Source: an uncultured delta proteobacterium
GTDB lineage: Bacteria > Myxococcota_A > Polyangia > Polyangiales > Polyangiaceae
Direction of reading: 5' to 3'
DNA length: 64,000 bases
Assembly (NCBI GenBank): GCA_963806225.1
Contig: CAWDXG010000004.1
Span: 4,800,001 to 4,864,000, forward strand
In this document: positions 43,701 to 53,420 of the stretch, in pieces
Layout: every line of letters begins with the position of its first letter
Position numbering within the stretch: the stretch's first letter is position 1
The notes under the pieces: generated by a model
The model's input: only the letters and a program-made list of their open reading frames with translations
What the model was told of the DNA's origin: nothing
Databases searched by the model: none
Position numbers and translations under genes: made by a program

Positions 43701-44010
43701 GCGTTCGGTTCGCACGAAGGGCTCGTGCACGCTTCCGTCGCCGAGGCGGATGAAGGTCCGGAAGCCTTCGTCAGGGACAGCCTGGCAGGCGCGGTTGAAG
43801 GATTGGAACTCGAGGATTCTGGTGGTCCTTGTCCCTGACACCCATCGAACACACGGCCTGACCGCGGCTGACGTAGTAGATCCACAGCGGGATGCCCCAG
43901 AGCCCGGCGATGCCCGGAAAGAAGTTCGAAAAGGGGATCGCCCAGTTGTAGTCTTCGACAACAAAGCGTTTGCGATCGTCCAGCGAGTAGCGAATGCGCC
44001 GGTCCGGCAT
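40719..44010 (-). pseudogene. GH161-like beta-1,3-glucan phosphorylase (GH94-related) with a +1 frameshift near 43818
   Basis: The N-terminus PFSNFFPGIAGLWGIPLWIYYVSRGQ..SMGVRDKD joins ILEF in another frame. Later FLDNVMRGG, GDLERDY, QLDGYNPL, GFWVDHW.YNLD, KPGWNDSMNGLPGLFGSS, GWLENESIYLHMEYKY. AGGAGG RBS at the 44010 start. Confidence 0.82.
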
Positions 44011-44083
44011 GCGTCCTCCTTGGGCCACGGAGCGAAAAGGGGGAGGATGATAACGCACACGACAACCCGATGCGGAGTGACCC

Positions 44084-45091
44084 ATGACTGACGACAGCAA
44101 CCTGCAGGTTCGACTCGCAGCCCGTCCCGTTGGCTTGCCGACGGCTGATACCTGGAACATCGGTCCGGCCCCGGTTCCCGAGCCCACCCAGGACGGGGAG
44201 GTGCTGGTGAAGCTTTCGTACATCTCGCTCGATCCGGCGATGCGGGGGTGGATCGAGGACAGGAAGTCCTACGTGGAGCCCGTTGCCGTCGGCGCCGTGA
44301 TGCGCGCGGGCGGAGTCGGCACTGTCGTGGCGTCCAGACATCCGGACTTCGCCGAGGGCGACCAGGTGCTGGGGATGACGGGCGCGCAGTCCTACGCGCT
44401 GGTGAACGGGCGGGAGCTCACCAAGGTCAGCGACGCGCTGGCGCCGCTGCCGGCCTTCCTGGGTGCGCTCGGCATGCCCGGAATGACGGCCTACTTCGGG
44501 CTCCTGGATGTGGGTGCGCTGAAGGAAGGCGACACCGTCCTGATCTCGGGAGCGGCCGGCGCGGTGGGTTCGATCGCCGGCCAGGTCGCGCGTAACAAGG
44601 GCGCAGGCCGCGTGGTGGGGATCGCGGGCAGCGACGAGAAGTGCCGTCACATCGTCGAAGACCTCGGTTACGACGCCGCCATCAACTACAAGACGCAGAA
44701 GGTTGTCGACGCGATCCGCGAGGCCTGCCCCGACGGAGTCGACGTGTACTTCGACAACGTCGGCGGGTCGATCCTCGACGACGCGCTGGCGTGCCTGCGA
44801 CGGGGGGCGCGTGTGGTCATCTGCGGCGCCATCTCGCAGTACAACGACCGCGCGATGCGCGGGCCGGCGAACTACATGTCGCTGCTCGTCAACCGGGCCC
44901 GCATGCAGGGCTTCCTCGTCTTCGACTACCGGGACCGCTACCCCGAGGCCTTCACGGAGATGGCCGGCTGGCTCACCGCCGGCAAGCTCGTCCACCGCGA
45001 GACCATCGTGAAGGGGCTCGAGACCTTTCCGGAGACCTTCCTCAGGCTCTTCAGCGGCGAGAAGCTGGGCAAGCTGATCATCGAGGTGTGA
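44084..45091 (+). CDS. NADP-dependent oxidoreductase (MDR, prostaglandin reductase/CurA-like)
   Basis: LAARPVG, SLDPAMRGW, GMPGMTAYFGL, SGAAGAVGS, YFDNVGG, CGAISQYN. Confidence 0.92.
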   Translation: MTDDSNLQVRLAARPVGLPTADTWNIGPAPVPEPTQDGEVLVKLSYISLDPAMRGWIEDRKSYVEPVAVGAVMRAGGVGTVVASRHPDFAEGDQVLGMTGAQSYALVNGRELTKVSDALAPLPAFLGALGMPGMTAYFGLLDVGALKEGDTVLISGAAGAVGSIAGQVARNKGAGRVVGIAGSDEKCRHIVEDLGYDAAINYKTQKVVDAIREACPDGVDVYFDNVGGSILDDALACLRRGARVVICGAISQYNDRAMRGPANYMSLLVNRARMQGFLVFDYRDRYPEAFTEMAGWLTAGKLVHRETIVKGLETFPETFLRLFSGEKLGKLIIEV

Positions 45092-45133
45092 GCGGGCGTT
45101 GGCGCACTCCGGCGTGCGCGCGCAGGCGGAGCT

Positions 45134-45706
45134 TCAGTCTTCTTCGCGCAGGCGGATCGGTCCGGACTTCCCGGGAAATCTCCCTACCGGTTGCATCTTG
45201 TCGTAGAAGGCGCGCAGCACGTCCATGTCGCGTTTCACGTCCCCGGTCAGATGGATCGCCGGGCCCAGGCCCGCACGTCTGCGACCGAAGTCGAGGTAGC
45301 TCGGCACCACCGGGACGCCCGCCTCCCGGGCGATGCGGTAGAATCCCGACTTCCAGCGTTCGGCGCGGCCGCGGGTTCCCTCGGGCGGAATGACGAGCAC
45401 CAGCGCGTCGTGCTCCTTGAACGACGACGCGAGCTGCGCAACCAGCCCGCCCGGCGAGCGCCGGTTGACCGGGATCGCACCTAGCCGGCGCAGCAGCCAC
45501 CCAGCCGGTCCCACCATCCACTCCTGCTTGATGAGCCAGGAGATGCGAAGGTCCATTGCGCTCGCGACGAGTACCAGCAGCAGGCCGTCCCAGTTGCTGG
45601 TGTGGGGAGTCGCGAGGCAGACGTACTTCGACTCGGCAGGGCCCCGGCCGTCGACCTGCCAGCCCGCGAGGCGCAGGGCGAGGGTCGAGACGGAGGCCCG
45701 CAGCAC
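45134..45706 (-). CDS. Lysophospholipid / 1-acylglycerol-3-phosphate acyltransferase family
   Basis: PHTSNWD (HxxxxD) and PEGTR motifs. Confidence 0.88.
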   Translation of the reverse strand: MLRASVSTLALRLAGWQVDGRGPAESKYVCLATPHTSNWDGLLLVLVASAMDLRISWLIKQEWMVGPAGWLLRRLGAIPVNRRSPGGLVAQLASSFKEHDALVLVIPPEGTRGRAERWKSGFYRIAREAGVPVVPSYLDFGRRRAGLGPAIHLTGDVKRDMDVLRAFYDKMQPVGRFPGKSGPIRLREED

Positions 45707-45760
45707 GGATGCAGGCTAGCCCAACCCTGCCCGCGCGCGGCGACTATTCGTCGCTGCCGC

Positions 45761-46297
45761 TCAAGGAGTCACCGCGGCAGTCACGGTCGGCTGTCGCCAC
45801 GCCTTCGCCACTGCAGGCGGCAGCTTGTCCATGTGCTTCAGGAAGAGGACGATCTGCCAAACCTGCTGCTTCTTCAGCGTGTGGCCGAAACTCGGCATGG
45901 CGGTGAGGCGGATGCCGTGGTCGACCTTCCAGAACGTCTCGCCCGGCGGGTCGTCCTCCACGCCGTCTTTCGCGAGCTGCGGCGCCTCCTGGTACAGCCC
46001 GCGCGCTATCACCGAAGGCGACCCGTCGGCGCCGCCGTGGCACGTCGCGCAGTCCTGGCTGTAGAGCTTCATCCCCGCGAGTAGGTTCGCGTCGGATAGT
46101 TTGACCGGGTTGGGCCCTTTCGGCGCGTCGCGCCCGATCGTCGCGTCGAGCGACTTGTGCGCCGCCCAGGCCTCCAGTGCCGACGGCTTCGCGTCGGCAT
46201 TGGCCGGAAACAGCCCGAACTCCACCACCACCAACGCGCCCAGGAGCAGCGCGAGGACCGTGGCCCCGACGCCGAGAAGGAAGGATTTTTTCTGCAT
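45761..46297 (-). CDS. Membrane-anchored monoheme cytochrome c
   Basis: N-terminal TM helix, CATCH, GIRLTAMPSF. Confidence 0.88.
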   Translation of the reverse strand: MQKKSFLLGVGATVLALLLGALVVVEFGLFPANADAKPSALEAWAAHKSLDATIGRDAPKGPNPVKLSDANLLAGMKLYSQDCATCHGGADGSPSVIARGLYQEAPQLAKDGVEDDPPGETFWKVDHGIRLTAMPSFGHTLKKQQVWQIVLFLKHMDKLPPAVAKAWRQPTVTAAVTP

Positions 46298-46353
46298 CCT
46301 GGTTCTAGCACGCCAGCGTAGGGGAACATTCCGACGCGGCGGACGGTTGCTCG

Positions 46354-48408
46354 CTAGCAGCGCGAACGGCGAAGTGCGAGCACAAGCAGGCCGAGTAGCA
46401 GCGCGAGCGGGGCGTCGCTGTTCTGCCGGCGACCCGCGGTGCGGCAGTCGCAGATGCTGAAGTCCCAGGGGCGATTGTTGGGCACGTAGTCGGACGCGCA
46501 GCGCTGTTGACTGCAGTGGTAGCCGGACACGCAGTCCGTGTCGTCGTGGCACACAAACGCGCACCAGTTGGTGGCAGGGTCGCAGTAGTACGGGGCGCAA
46601 TAGCTGTCCCCCTGCAGCCTCTTCGCTTGCGACCTGTCCGCTGAGCACTCGCCCACCGGCGGAATGCACTCGTCCTTCGACGAGCAGGCGAAGCCGGGTG
46701 CGCACGCGTCGTTTTTGCCGCAGTAGTCAGGGCACTGGCCGGACTGGCCGTCGCAGAGGTATCGGCCGCACGACGAGGAAGGCGTCGCGCCGCGGGGCAA
46801 TGGCGTGCATGTGCCCAGGGACAGAGCGTCCTGTCCTCCGGAACAGGTCTCGCAGGGGCCGTCGCACTGCGAATCGCAGCAGATGCCCTCGGCGCAGTAG
46901 CCGCTCAGACATGCGCTGCCGTTGGTGCAGGACGTGCCCGCGCTCCCGGCGCCAGCGCAGCGTCCGGTCGCGACGACGCACGCGCCGGTGGCGCAGTCGC
47001 TGTTCTTCACGCAGGGGCAGTCCGCGTCGAACCCGTTGCAGGTCCCGGGCGCGCACGACGGGGACCCGGGCGAGCCCTTCGGCACCGCGGAACACGTGCC
47101 GTCCTGGGCCGCTCCCGTCGCGATCGAGCAGGCGTCGCAGGCGCCGCTGCAGCTCGTGTCGCAGCACACGCCGTCCACGCAGTGGGTGCTCGCACAGTCG
47201 GCGGCGCTGGTGCACGCGGTGCCGTTGGGCGGACCGAGATCGAACGCCACGACGATGTCGTGGTTGCCCCCGGCTTCGTATTTCGTGGCACCGACCAGGG
47301 CGAGGCCCGGTTGCAGCGCGACCGAGTTGCCGAAGGACGAGGCGTAGCTCTCGACCGGCGCGAGCGCCTGTTGCTCCGTCCAGGTCGTGCCGGTCCGTTC
47401 GAACACGAACGCCGTACCCTGGGAGGAGTTGTCGAAGCCTCCGCCCAGCGCCGTGTCGCCCGCGAGCGCGACCGCCAAGCCGGGCCGGGCCTGGGCCCCG
47501 CCTGGAAGGAGCTTCTGCTGTTCGCTCCAGGTCGTTCCCGAGCGGACCAGCACGTACTGGGCCTGCCCTGCCACGATCGACGTGTCGCCGTCAATCGCGA
47601 TCGCGGTCCCGAACTCGTCGCCGGTCGCGGCGTCGCTGGCAGAGAGCTTCTGCTGCTGGGTCCAGACGCTTCCGGAACGCGTGAAGACGTACACGGCTCC
47701 AGGGTTCGTGAAGGGAGCCCAGGCTCCGACGAGGGCCGTGTCGCCCGAGAGCGCCACGGCGATGCCGAACTGGTCCCAGTCTGCCGAGTCGTCAGGAACG
47801 AGCTTCTGCTGCTCGGTCCACGTGCTGCCCGAACGCACGAACACGTACGCCGCGCCCGGCGCGGTCTGGGCTTGCTGGTTTGCCTGGCCCACGATCGCCG
47901 TGTCGCCCGACAGCGCCGCCGAGACGCCGAAACCTCCGCCCGGTCCGCCGTCGCCGGGGAAGAGCTTCTGCTGTTCCGTCCACGTGCTGCCCGAGCGCAC
48001 GAACACGGAGGCTCCGGCGGTCCACCGGTACGTCGTGATCAGCGCCGTGTTCGAGTCGAGCGCCACCGCCGTGCCCAGCAGATCGCTCGACTGCTGGTTC
48101 TTGGGCACGAGCTTCTGCTGCTCGGCCCAGCTCGACCCCGATCGCTCGAACACATACGCGGCGCCCCAGCTCGAGTCGTGCCACGGCGCACCCACCAGCG
48201 CCGTACTCCCCGACATGGCGATCGCATTGCCGAAGTCGTCATCGGTCTGCGCGTCGCTTGGCTCGATAACCTGGCTCTCCGCCCACGCCGGCGGACTGAG
48301 CGCCTGGGTGACGCGCGCGACGTGGCCCGTCCCGACCGGCTTTCCGCTCGTGCACTGAACGAGCAGCCCTACAGACACTATGAAAGCAACAAATGCACTA
48401 CGCCCCAT
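46354..48408 (-). CDS. Secreted FG-GAP beta-propeller protein with Cys-rich region and MYXO-CTERM-like anchor
   Basis: Repeats FGxxVALxGDTAxVGA...GAAYVFxRSGxxWxEQQKL; CVDGVCCD repeats; terminal CDCRTAG...LALLLGLLVLALRR. Confidence 0.88.
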   Translation of the reverse strand: MGRSAFVAFIVSVGLLVQCTSGKPVGTGHVARVTQALSPPAWAESQVIEPSDAQTDDDFGNAIAMSGSTALVGAPWHDSSWGAAYVFERSGSSWAEQQKLVPKNQQSSDLLGTAVALDSNTALITTYRWTAGASVFVRSGSTWTEQQKLFPGDGGPGGGFGVSAALSGDTAIVGQANQQAQTAPGAAYVFVRSGSTWTEQQKLVPDDSADWDQFGIAVALSGDTALVGAWAPFTNPGAVYVFTRSGSVWTQQQKLSASDAATGDEFGTAIAIDGDTSIVAGQAQYVLVRSGTTWSEQQKLLPGGAQARPGLAVALAGDTALGGGFDNSSQGTAFVFERTGTTWTEQQALAPVESYASSFGNSVALQPGLALVGATKYEAGGNHDIVVAFDLGPPNGTACTSAADCASTHCVDGVCCDTSCSGACDACSIATGAAQDGTCSAVPKGSPGSPSCAPGTCNGFDADCPCVKNSDCATGACVVATGRCAGAGSAGTSCTNGSACLSGYCAEGICCDSQCDGPCETCSGGQDALSLGTCTPLPRGATPSSSCGRYLCDGQSGQCPDYCGKNDACAPGFACSSKDECIPPVGECSADRSQAKRLQGDSYCAPYYCDPATNWCAFVCHDDTDCVSGYHCSQQRCASDYVPNNRPWDFSICDCRTAGRRQNSDAPLALLLGLLVLALRRSRC

Positions 48409-48489
48409 GGAAACCCTCCCGGGGACACCCAAGGCGTCAAGCGTACCTCATGCCCGAGGGGGCCGCACGCGGCCGTTGGCCGCCACCGC

Positions 48490-49578
48490 CTACGGATAGT
48501 TCGTCGGTGGCGTGGAACGGTTGTCGGTGTTGGAGCCCCAGCAGACGAGGTGGCCGTCCTGCTGGATGCCGCAGCTGTTCGTGAAGCCGGCGCGGACTTC
48601 AGTGAAGGTTCCAGCGGGCGGAATGGACTGGCCGCAGTCCAGGGTGGTCGCACAGTTGCCTGCTACGGTACCTGCTCCCCAACACGCCACGCTGCCGTCC
48701 GTCCTGATGGCGCAGGTGTGCGCGTAGCCGCCGCTGATGAACTTGTACTTGCCGGGTGGCGGAGCGGCCTGGCCGCACTCGAGCTGGCTGCAGTCGCTGG
48801 TGGTCTTGCCGATGCCCCAGCACGCGATCGACTGGTCGCTGCGGATGGCGCAGGCATGCTCGGCGCCCGCGGCAACGAAGGTGAAGGTGCCCGTGGGGGG
48901 CGATGACTCTCCAGACTTGTCGATGCCCCAGCATTGCAGCGCGCCGCCCGCCGTCAGCCCACAGGCGAATGCCTCGCCCACGGCAACCTGCACGAACGGC
49001 GTGTTCGGCGCGCTGATCGCCAGAGTGCAGGTCGCACGACCGCAGCTATCGAGCGCACACATGTCGCCCCCGAAGCCCATTACGAAGTGCGCGTACTGCT
49101 TCTGGAACGGTGCGAGCGAAGGATATTGGCCCCAGCAAATTGGCTTTCCAGCCGACAACCCGCACGTGCCAAGGGCGCCGGCGGAGAGCTCCGTGAACGC
49201 GCCTGGCGGTGGGGTCTCCTGTCCGTAGTCTTGCGCAGCCACGGGCGTCCCCCAGCACACGACGCTCCCGTCGTTCTCGAGCGCGCAGCCATGCTCCATG
49301 CCGATACCGAGGCGCGGCCGGAACGGCTCCGGCGTCACGCAGCTTCCAGCGTCCCCGGTTCCCGAGGCACCGCCTGCGCCGGCGCCGCCTGTGCCCGCAT
49401 TTCCCGCTGTACCGCCCATCCCGCCTGCGCCGGCTCCGCCCGCAGCGCTGCCAGATGCTCCCGCGGCCCCTCCCGCTCCGTCCGGGCCCGGCGAACCGCA
49501 CGCGGCCACAAGAAGGAGCGTGCCCAGGAGCCACGCGGGGAACCCTCCGGCCTTCCGCGTTGTCGCAAACCGCTGCAT
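48490..49578 (-). CDS. RCC1/BLIP-II-like repeat lipoprotein
   Basis: LVAAC lipobox, Gly-rich linker, repeats of AGxxHxCAIxxDGSxxCWG. Confidence 0.85.
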   Translation of the reverse strand: MQRFATTRKAGGFPAWLLGTLLLVAACGSPGPDGAGGAAGASGSAAGGAGAGGMGGTAGNAGTGGAGAGGASGTGDAGSCVTPEPFRPRLGIGMEHGCALENDGSVVCWGTPVAAQDYGQETPPPGAFTELSAGALGTCGLSAGKPICWGQYPSLAPFQKQYAHFVMGFGGDMCALDSCGRATCTLAISAPNTPFVQVAVGEAFACGLTAGGALQCWGIDKSGESSPPTGTFTFVAAGAEHACAIRSDQSIACWGIGKTTSDCSQLECGQAAPPPGKYKFISGGYAHTCAIRTDGSVACWGAGTVAGNCATTLDCGQSIPPAGTFTEVRAGFTNSCGIQQDGHLVCWGSNTDNRSTPPTNYP

Positions 49579-49608
49579 CCACCGTTCGCCTGTCACGAAC
49601 CCTCCATG

Positions 49609-49624
49609 GGCAAGCAACATGCCG
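49609..49624 (-). promoter_or_regulatory. Possible sigma54 promoter
   Basis: Minus-strand CGGCATG-TTGC-TTGCC, about 30 nt upstream of the RCC1-like gene start. Confidence 0.35.
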
Positions 49625-49767
49625 CCCCGACCGACGCGCACATTCCGCAGGAAATCGCGCTTGCGCGTGGCCCAGTCATCCCCAACGTATCCCGCGCCCC
49701 CGGCTTCCGCCAGGGCGCTGTCGCGCACCGTGACGAGGTCGGGACGCGCAGCGGGCTCGGAGCCCGT

Positions 49768-50430
49768 TCACAAACAGCGCCCCGTGTCCGGGTTCTTGGC
49801 GAAGCCCGCCTTGCAGGTGCAGGTGCCGTCGGATTCGCACACACCGTGCAGGCTGGAGATCACGGGGTTGTCGTTGCAGGACTGATCCATGCCGGGCTGG
49901 CACGCCGTCCAGCAGACCTTCGTCGGGCTTTTCGGCGAGCTCGGGTCGCCGGGAAACAGCTCGACCACGGCGCAGATCTGGTTCTTCCGGCAGTCGGACG
50001 CAGAGCTGCAGGTGCGGAGACACACGCCCGGGATCTGGTGGTGGGGCAGCGGAGAACAGGTAGACCCGGGCGCGGTGCACGGCGCGTCGGGCTCGCGGCA
50101 GGCGGTCGGTCCACCTGGGTCGCCCTGCATGCAGTAGCCACCGGGGGCTTCCGTGTTGCACATGTAGCCCGCGCCGCACTCCGCGTTGCCCGTGCAGGCA
50201 CGGCCCGTGGTGATCGTTCCCGAATCGGCGACAGTGCCTGCCGAACCGCCATTGCCCGAATCGGCGACAGTGCCTGCCGAACCGCCATTGCCGGAATCGG
50301 CGACAGTGCCTGCCGAACCGCCGTTGCCGGAATCGGGCAGCGCCGAGCCCGCGGTGTTGGTGGTCGAGCCACCACATCCGACCGCGAAGAGGGTTACCAG
50401 AAGCGAACACCGTCGAGCCGTCGAGCGCAT
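49768..50430 (-). CDS. Cys-rich lipoprotein with EGF-like C-terminus
   Basis: FAVGC lipobox; three DSGNGGSAGTVA repeats; CTCKAGF...GRC. Confidence 0.75.
   Translation of the reverse strand: MRSTARRCSLLVTLFAVGCGGSTTNTAGSALPDSGNGGSAGTVADSGNGGSAGTVADSGNGGSAGTVADSGTITTGRACTGNAECGAGYMCNTEAPGGYCMQGDPGGPTACREPDAPCTAPGSTCSPLPHHQIPGVCLRTCSSASDCRKNQICAVVELFPGDPSSPKSPTKVCWTACQPGMDQSCNDNPVISSLHGVCESDGTCTCKAGFAKNPDTGRCL
50219..50336. repeat. 36-bp tandem repeat, about 3.3 copies (coding linker)
   Basis: CC(C/G)GAATCGGCGACAGTGCCTGCCGAACCGCC(A/G)TTG units starting at 50219, 50255 and 50291. Confidence 0.9.
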
Positions 50431-50569
50431 GTTGTGCGAGGGATACTCCCGTCGCGCGCGGCGCGCTACGCGCACCGCGCTCCGCGAAAAACGAGCGCTC
50501 CGGAACGCCGCTCCGGAACGCGCTGCGCGAAAGCGGCGGTCGCGAGCGGAGCATCGTCGCTCGCGCGTC

Positions 50570-50584
50570 TGGCACGCGCCTTGC
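50570..50584 (+). promoter_or_regulatory. Sigma54 (-24/-12) promoter
   Basis: TGGCACG-CGCC-TTGC matches the consensus, about 30 nt upstream of the CPBP gene; a 13-bp tandem repeat CGCTCCGGAACGC lies at 50496-50521. Confidence 0.6.
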
Positions 50585-50615
50585 GCCTGGGGGTTCCAGG
50601 TCGAGGGAGGTTCTC

Positions 50616-51476
50616 TTGCGCGCGTTCGTCCAGCAGCATCGTCTGCTCTGCTTCTTCGTGCTCGCCTACGCGCTGACGTGGGCCGACTGGATCCCGCTTC
50701 TGCTTCGCGGCGCGCGCGTTTCGCCGGGCGGTGCGGTGACGCACTTTCCGGGTCTGCTCGGACCGGCCGGCGCCGCGTTCGCGATCGTGTGGCTGAGCGA
50801 AGGGCGCGCCGGCGTGCGGCGGTTGCTGCGCCGGATGGTCCAGGTTCCACCCGAGCGCGGGCGCTTCCTCGCCTATGCGCTGAGCCCGCTGGCTTTTCTT
50901 GCGCTGGCGCTACTGGTTGGTTGGCTCGCCGGCATGCCGGCGCCGGGCGCCGCCGACTTCGCGCTGTACTCCGGACTGCCGCCGCTGCCGCTCTGGCTCG
51001 TGCTGGCGCTGGTGTTCGTGTTCAACGGTTGGGGTGAGGAAGCGGGCTGGAGAGGGTTCGCCCTCGCGCCGCTCCAGCAGCGCTTCGGAGCGGTGAAGGG
51101 GACGCTGCTGCTCGGGGTGCTGTGGGCGCTGTGGCACGCGCCCGCGTTCGGGTTCGTCGAGAGCTACCGGAGCATGGGCGCCATCAGCATCGTCGCTGGC
51201 TTCGGTCTCGGCATCTGCTGAGGCTCGGTCGTGCTGGCCCGCGTGCTCCAGCGCACGGGCGGCAGCGTGCTGGCGGTCGCGCTCTGGCACACGCTGTTCA
51301 ACGTCACGACGGCGACTGCCGCCGGTCACGGCATGTACGGGGCGGTGGCCTCGACAGCGGTGATGCTCTGGGCCGGCCTGCTGCTGCTGCTCGAGTGGCG
51401 GCGTCCGCAGCCGCGATCGCGGCTCGCGGACCCTCACCATACGAACGGAACGAGCCGCTTCACCCGCGCGCGGTAG
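50616..51476 (+). pseudogene. CPBP (CAAX/Abi) intramembrane protease interrupted by an in-frame TGA at 51219-51221
   Basis: GEEAGWRGF and WALWHAP motifs lie before the stop; GSVLAVALWHTLFN continues in the same frame after it. Confidence 0.8.
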
Positions 51477-52012
51477 TCGCGGAGCTCCTGACCGAACTGG
51501 TCTTCGAGGAAGCGCTCCTCGATCGAGGTCTTGACGACCAGGCCGGCGATGACGAGCACGAGGCCCGCTAGCGCGCCGAGCGTGCCGGCGATCAGCGTGT
51601 CGCCGGCGAGGGCGAGCAGCATGCCGGTGTAGATGGGGTGGCGCGCCAGGCGATATGGGCCGGACTGCACCAGGCGATGCCCCTCCTTGAGCGTGACCGA
51701 GCCGCTCCACAGCCGGCCCAGCGTCGCGCGCGCCCAGATCGCGAGTGCGGCGCCCGCGACCGAAAGCGCGAACCCGAGGACGTGCGAAGCGCTGCCGCGC
51801 GCGACAACGACGCTCTGGAGCCAGCGAACGTGCCCGGTCAGACGCGGGGCCATGATGGCGAGCGCTCCCAGCACGAGCGGCACGCGATACGAGATGGCAT
51901 CTCGCAGCGACTCCCGGCGAACGCTGCGCTTCGACAGCGCGGCTCCGACAAGCCACACCAGGCCGATCGCGATCCAGGGCGCGTAGTCGAGCAGGGTGAA
52001 CACGGGGCGCAT
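51434..52012 (-). CDS. Isoprenylcysteine carboxyl methyltransferase (ICMT/PEMT) family membrane protein
   Basis: HRLVQSGPYRLARHPIYTG, EERFL..QFG..Y...V.RLVP. Confidence 0.9.
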   Translation of the reverse strand: MRPVFTLLDYAPWIAIGLVWLVGAALSKRSVRRESLRDAISYRVPLVLGALAIMAPRLTGHVRWLQSVVVARGSASHVLGFALSVAGAALAIWARATLGRLWSGSVTLKEGHRLVQSGPYRLARHPIYTGMLLALAGDTLIAGTLGALAGLVLVIAGLVVKTSIEERFLEDQFGQELRDYRARVKRLVPFVW

Positions 52013-52097
52013 GCGCCGGGCTTATCCCAAAGAGCGCCCGGGCACTACGGTAGCCCCCGCTCCAGATCGATCTGCTACACCTTACGTCGGAGCTTCG

Positions 52098-53228
52098 ATG
52101 CGACGAATCGGTTGGAGTGCGCTCTTGGCGCTGGGGGCGTGCGGGCCAGTGCAGCAGCCGCGGTCGGCTGCGCTTGCGCCGGCTGGGAGTGCGTCGGCCC
52201 GTGCGGCGACAGCTGCGCCCGATGCTGCGCTTGCGTCCAGTGCGCCGGCCGCGCCTGCCGTCTCCAGCGCAACCGCGCCGGACAAGCCGCCGGCGGAGCG
52301 TGCCGCGGCCCCGCCGACGGCGCGCGCGCGGGCCTTCGGCGGAGCGGAGGTGGCGGTTTTCGACACGGCCTTCGGCGGCGGAGCGCCGCTCGCGCGCGGG
52401 GCGCGCGTCGGCTTCGTACAGATCCAGTGCAACGCCGAAGCGCACCGCTGCTTCAACGCGGGCTACAAGGTCAACGCGCGAGCGCTGTTCGCCTGCTTCC
52501 GCGTGGAGCATCGCTCGGCCGACGCGGCGCTGCTCCGCGCGCTGGGGCGCGACATCAACGACGACTGGGAGGTCGGCGACAGCGCGTTGCTTGCGCGGCT
52601 GGCTCCGGCAACTCCGCTGCCGACCTACGCCGTCGTGCGCGTGACGGGCTGGTACGAGGTGGCGGTCTTCGCGAAGCAGGCGGAATGCCGCGGGCCCTGC
52701 GCGCACCAGGCGCCGCGCCAGGTGGGAACGCGCCGCGAGCGCGTGAGGACGGAGATCCTGGTGCAGCCGGGTGGCGGGTCACCCGGCGTCAGCGATCCGA
52801 GATTTCACTATCCTCTGGCCATCGCGCAGCGCGTGCCGCTGCGTGTACACTTCTTCGTCCCTGAAGGGCCGGACACCGCTCCCGATCGTCTGCGCGACCT
52901 GGTGCGGAGCGGGCAGGGGTTGCCCACCGACGCGAGCGCGATCGAGCCCTGGGTCGATGCAGAGAAGGCCCTCGCGCTGCGCTTCAGCGGCTACGTCATG
53001 CTCGTTTCGGCCGCGCTGTCCCGCCGCACCGCCGGCGCGCCGACCGGGCGCTGGCTCGGCGAAATCCAGCGCCTGGCGCCGATCCTGAAGGCGAGGCTCG
53101 ACGAAAAGGGGCAGCGCGCGGTGGATCAGACGCTGCACAGCCTCGCGACGCTCCAGTCCGGAGGATTCCTGACGAAAGCCACGGCATGCCCGGCCGCCGT
53201 AGCGATAGCCGACCGGAACGCGCCGTGA
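52098..53228 (+). CDS. Hypothetical lipoprotein
   Basis: LALGAC lipobox, Ala/Pro linker, globular C-terminal region. Confidence 0.6.
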   Translation: MRRIGWSALLALGACGPVQQPRSAALAPAGSASARAATAAPDAALASSAPAAPAVSSATAPDKPPAERAAAPPTARARAFGGAEVAVFDTAFGGGAPLARGARVGFVQIQCNAEAHRCFNAGYKVNARALFACFRVEHRSADAALLRALGRDINDDWEVGDSALLARLAPATPLPTYAVVRVTGWYEVAVFAKQAECRGPCAHQAPRQVGTRRERVRTEILVQPGGGSPGVSDPRFHYPLAIAQRVPLRVHFFVPEGPDTAPDRLRDLVRSGQGLPTDASAIEPWVDAEKALALRFSGYVMLVSAALSRRTAGAPTGRWLGEIQRLAPILKARLDEKGQRAVDQTLHSLATLQSGGFLTKATACPAAVAIADRNAP

Positions 53229-53420
53229 ACCTCTGGCCTGGCTTGCACCAGGGCGCGACAGCAGGTCGAAAAGACGATGATGGCAGTGCGCGAGGCTTCG
53301 GCCCGCTAGCGCCCGGAGGCAGGACGCCTGCAAGGCCGGCGTCTCCCATGCTTGCGAAGCGGCGGCTTCGTACAAGAAGACCGGCCACTTCAACGTCAAC
53401 TGATTCCCGCGCCGCGCCCG

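Noticed and set aside
53226..53403. Possible readthrough of the TGA at 53226 and a short ACKAGVSHAC...HFNVN coding-like stub
   Set aside because: Extensions are short and have no supporting motif; may be chance or an unidentifiable remnant.
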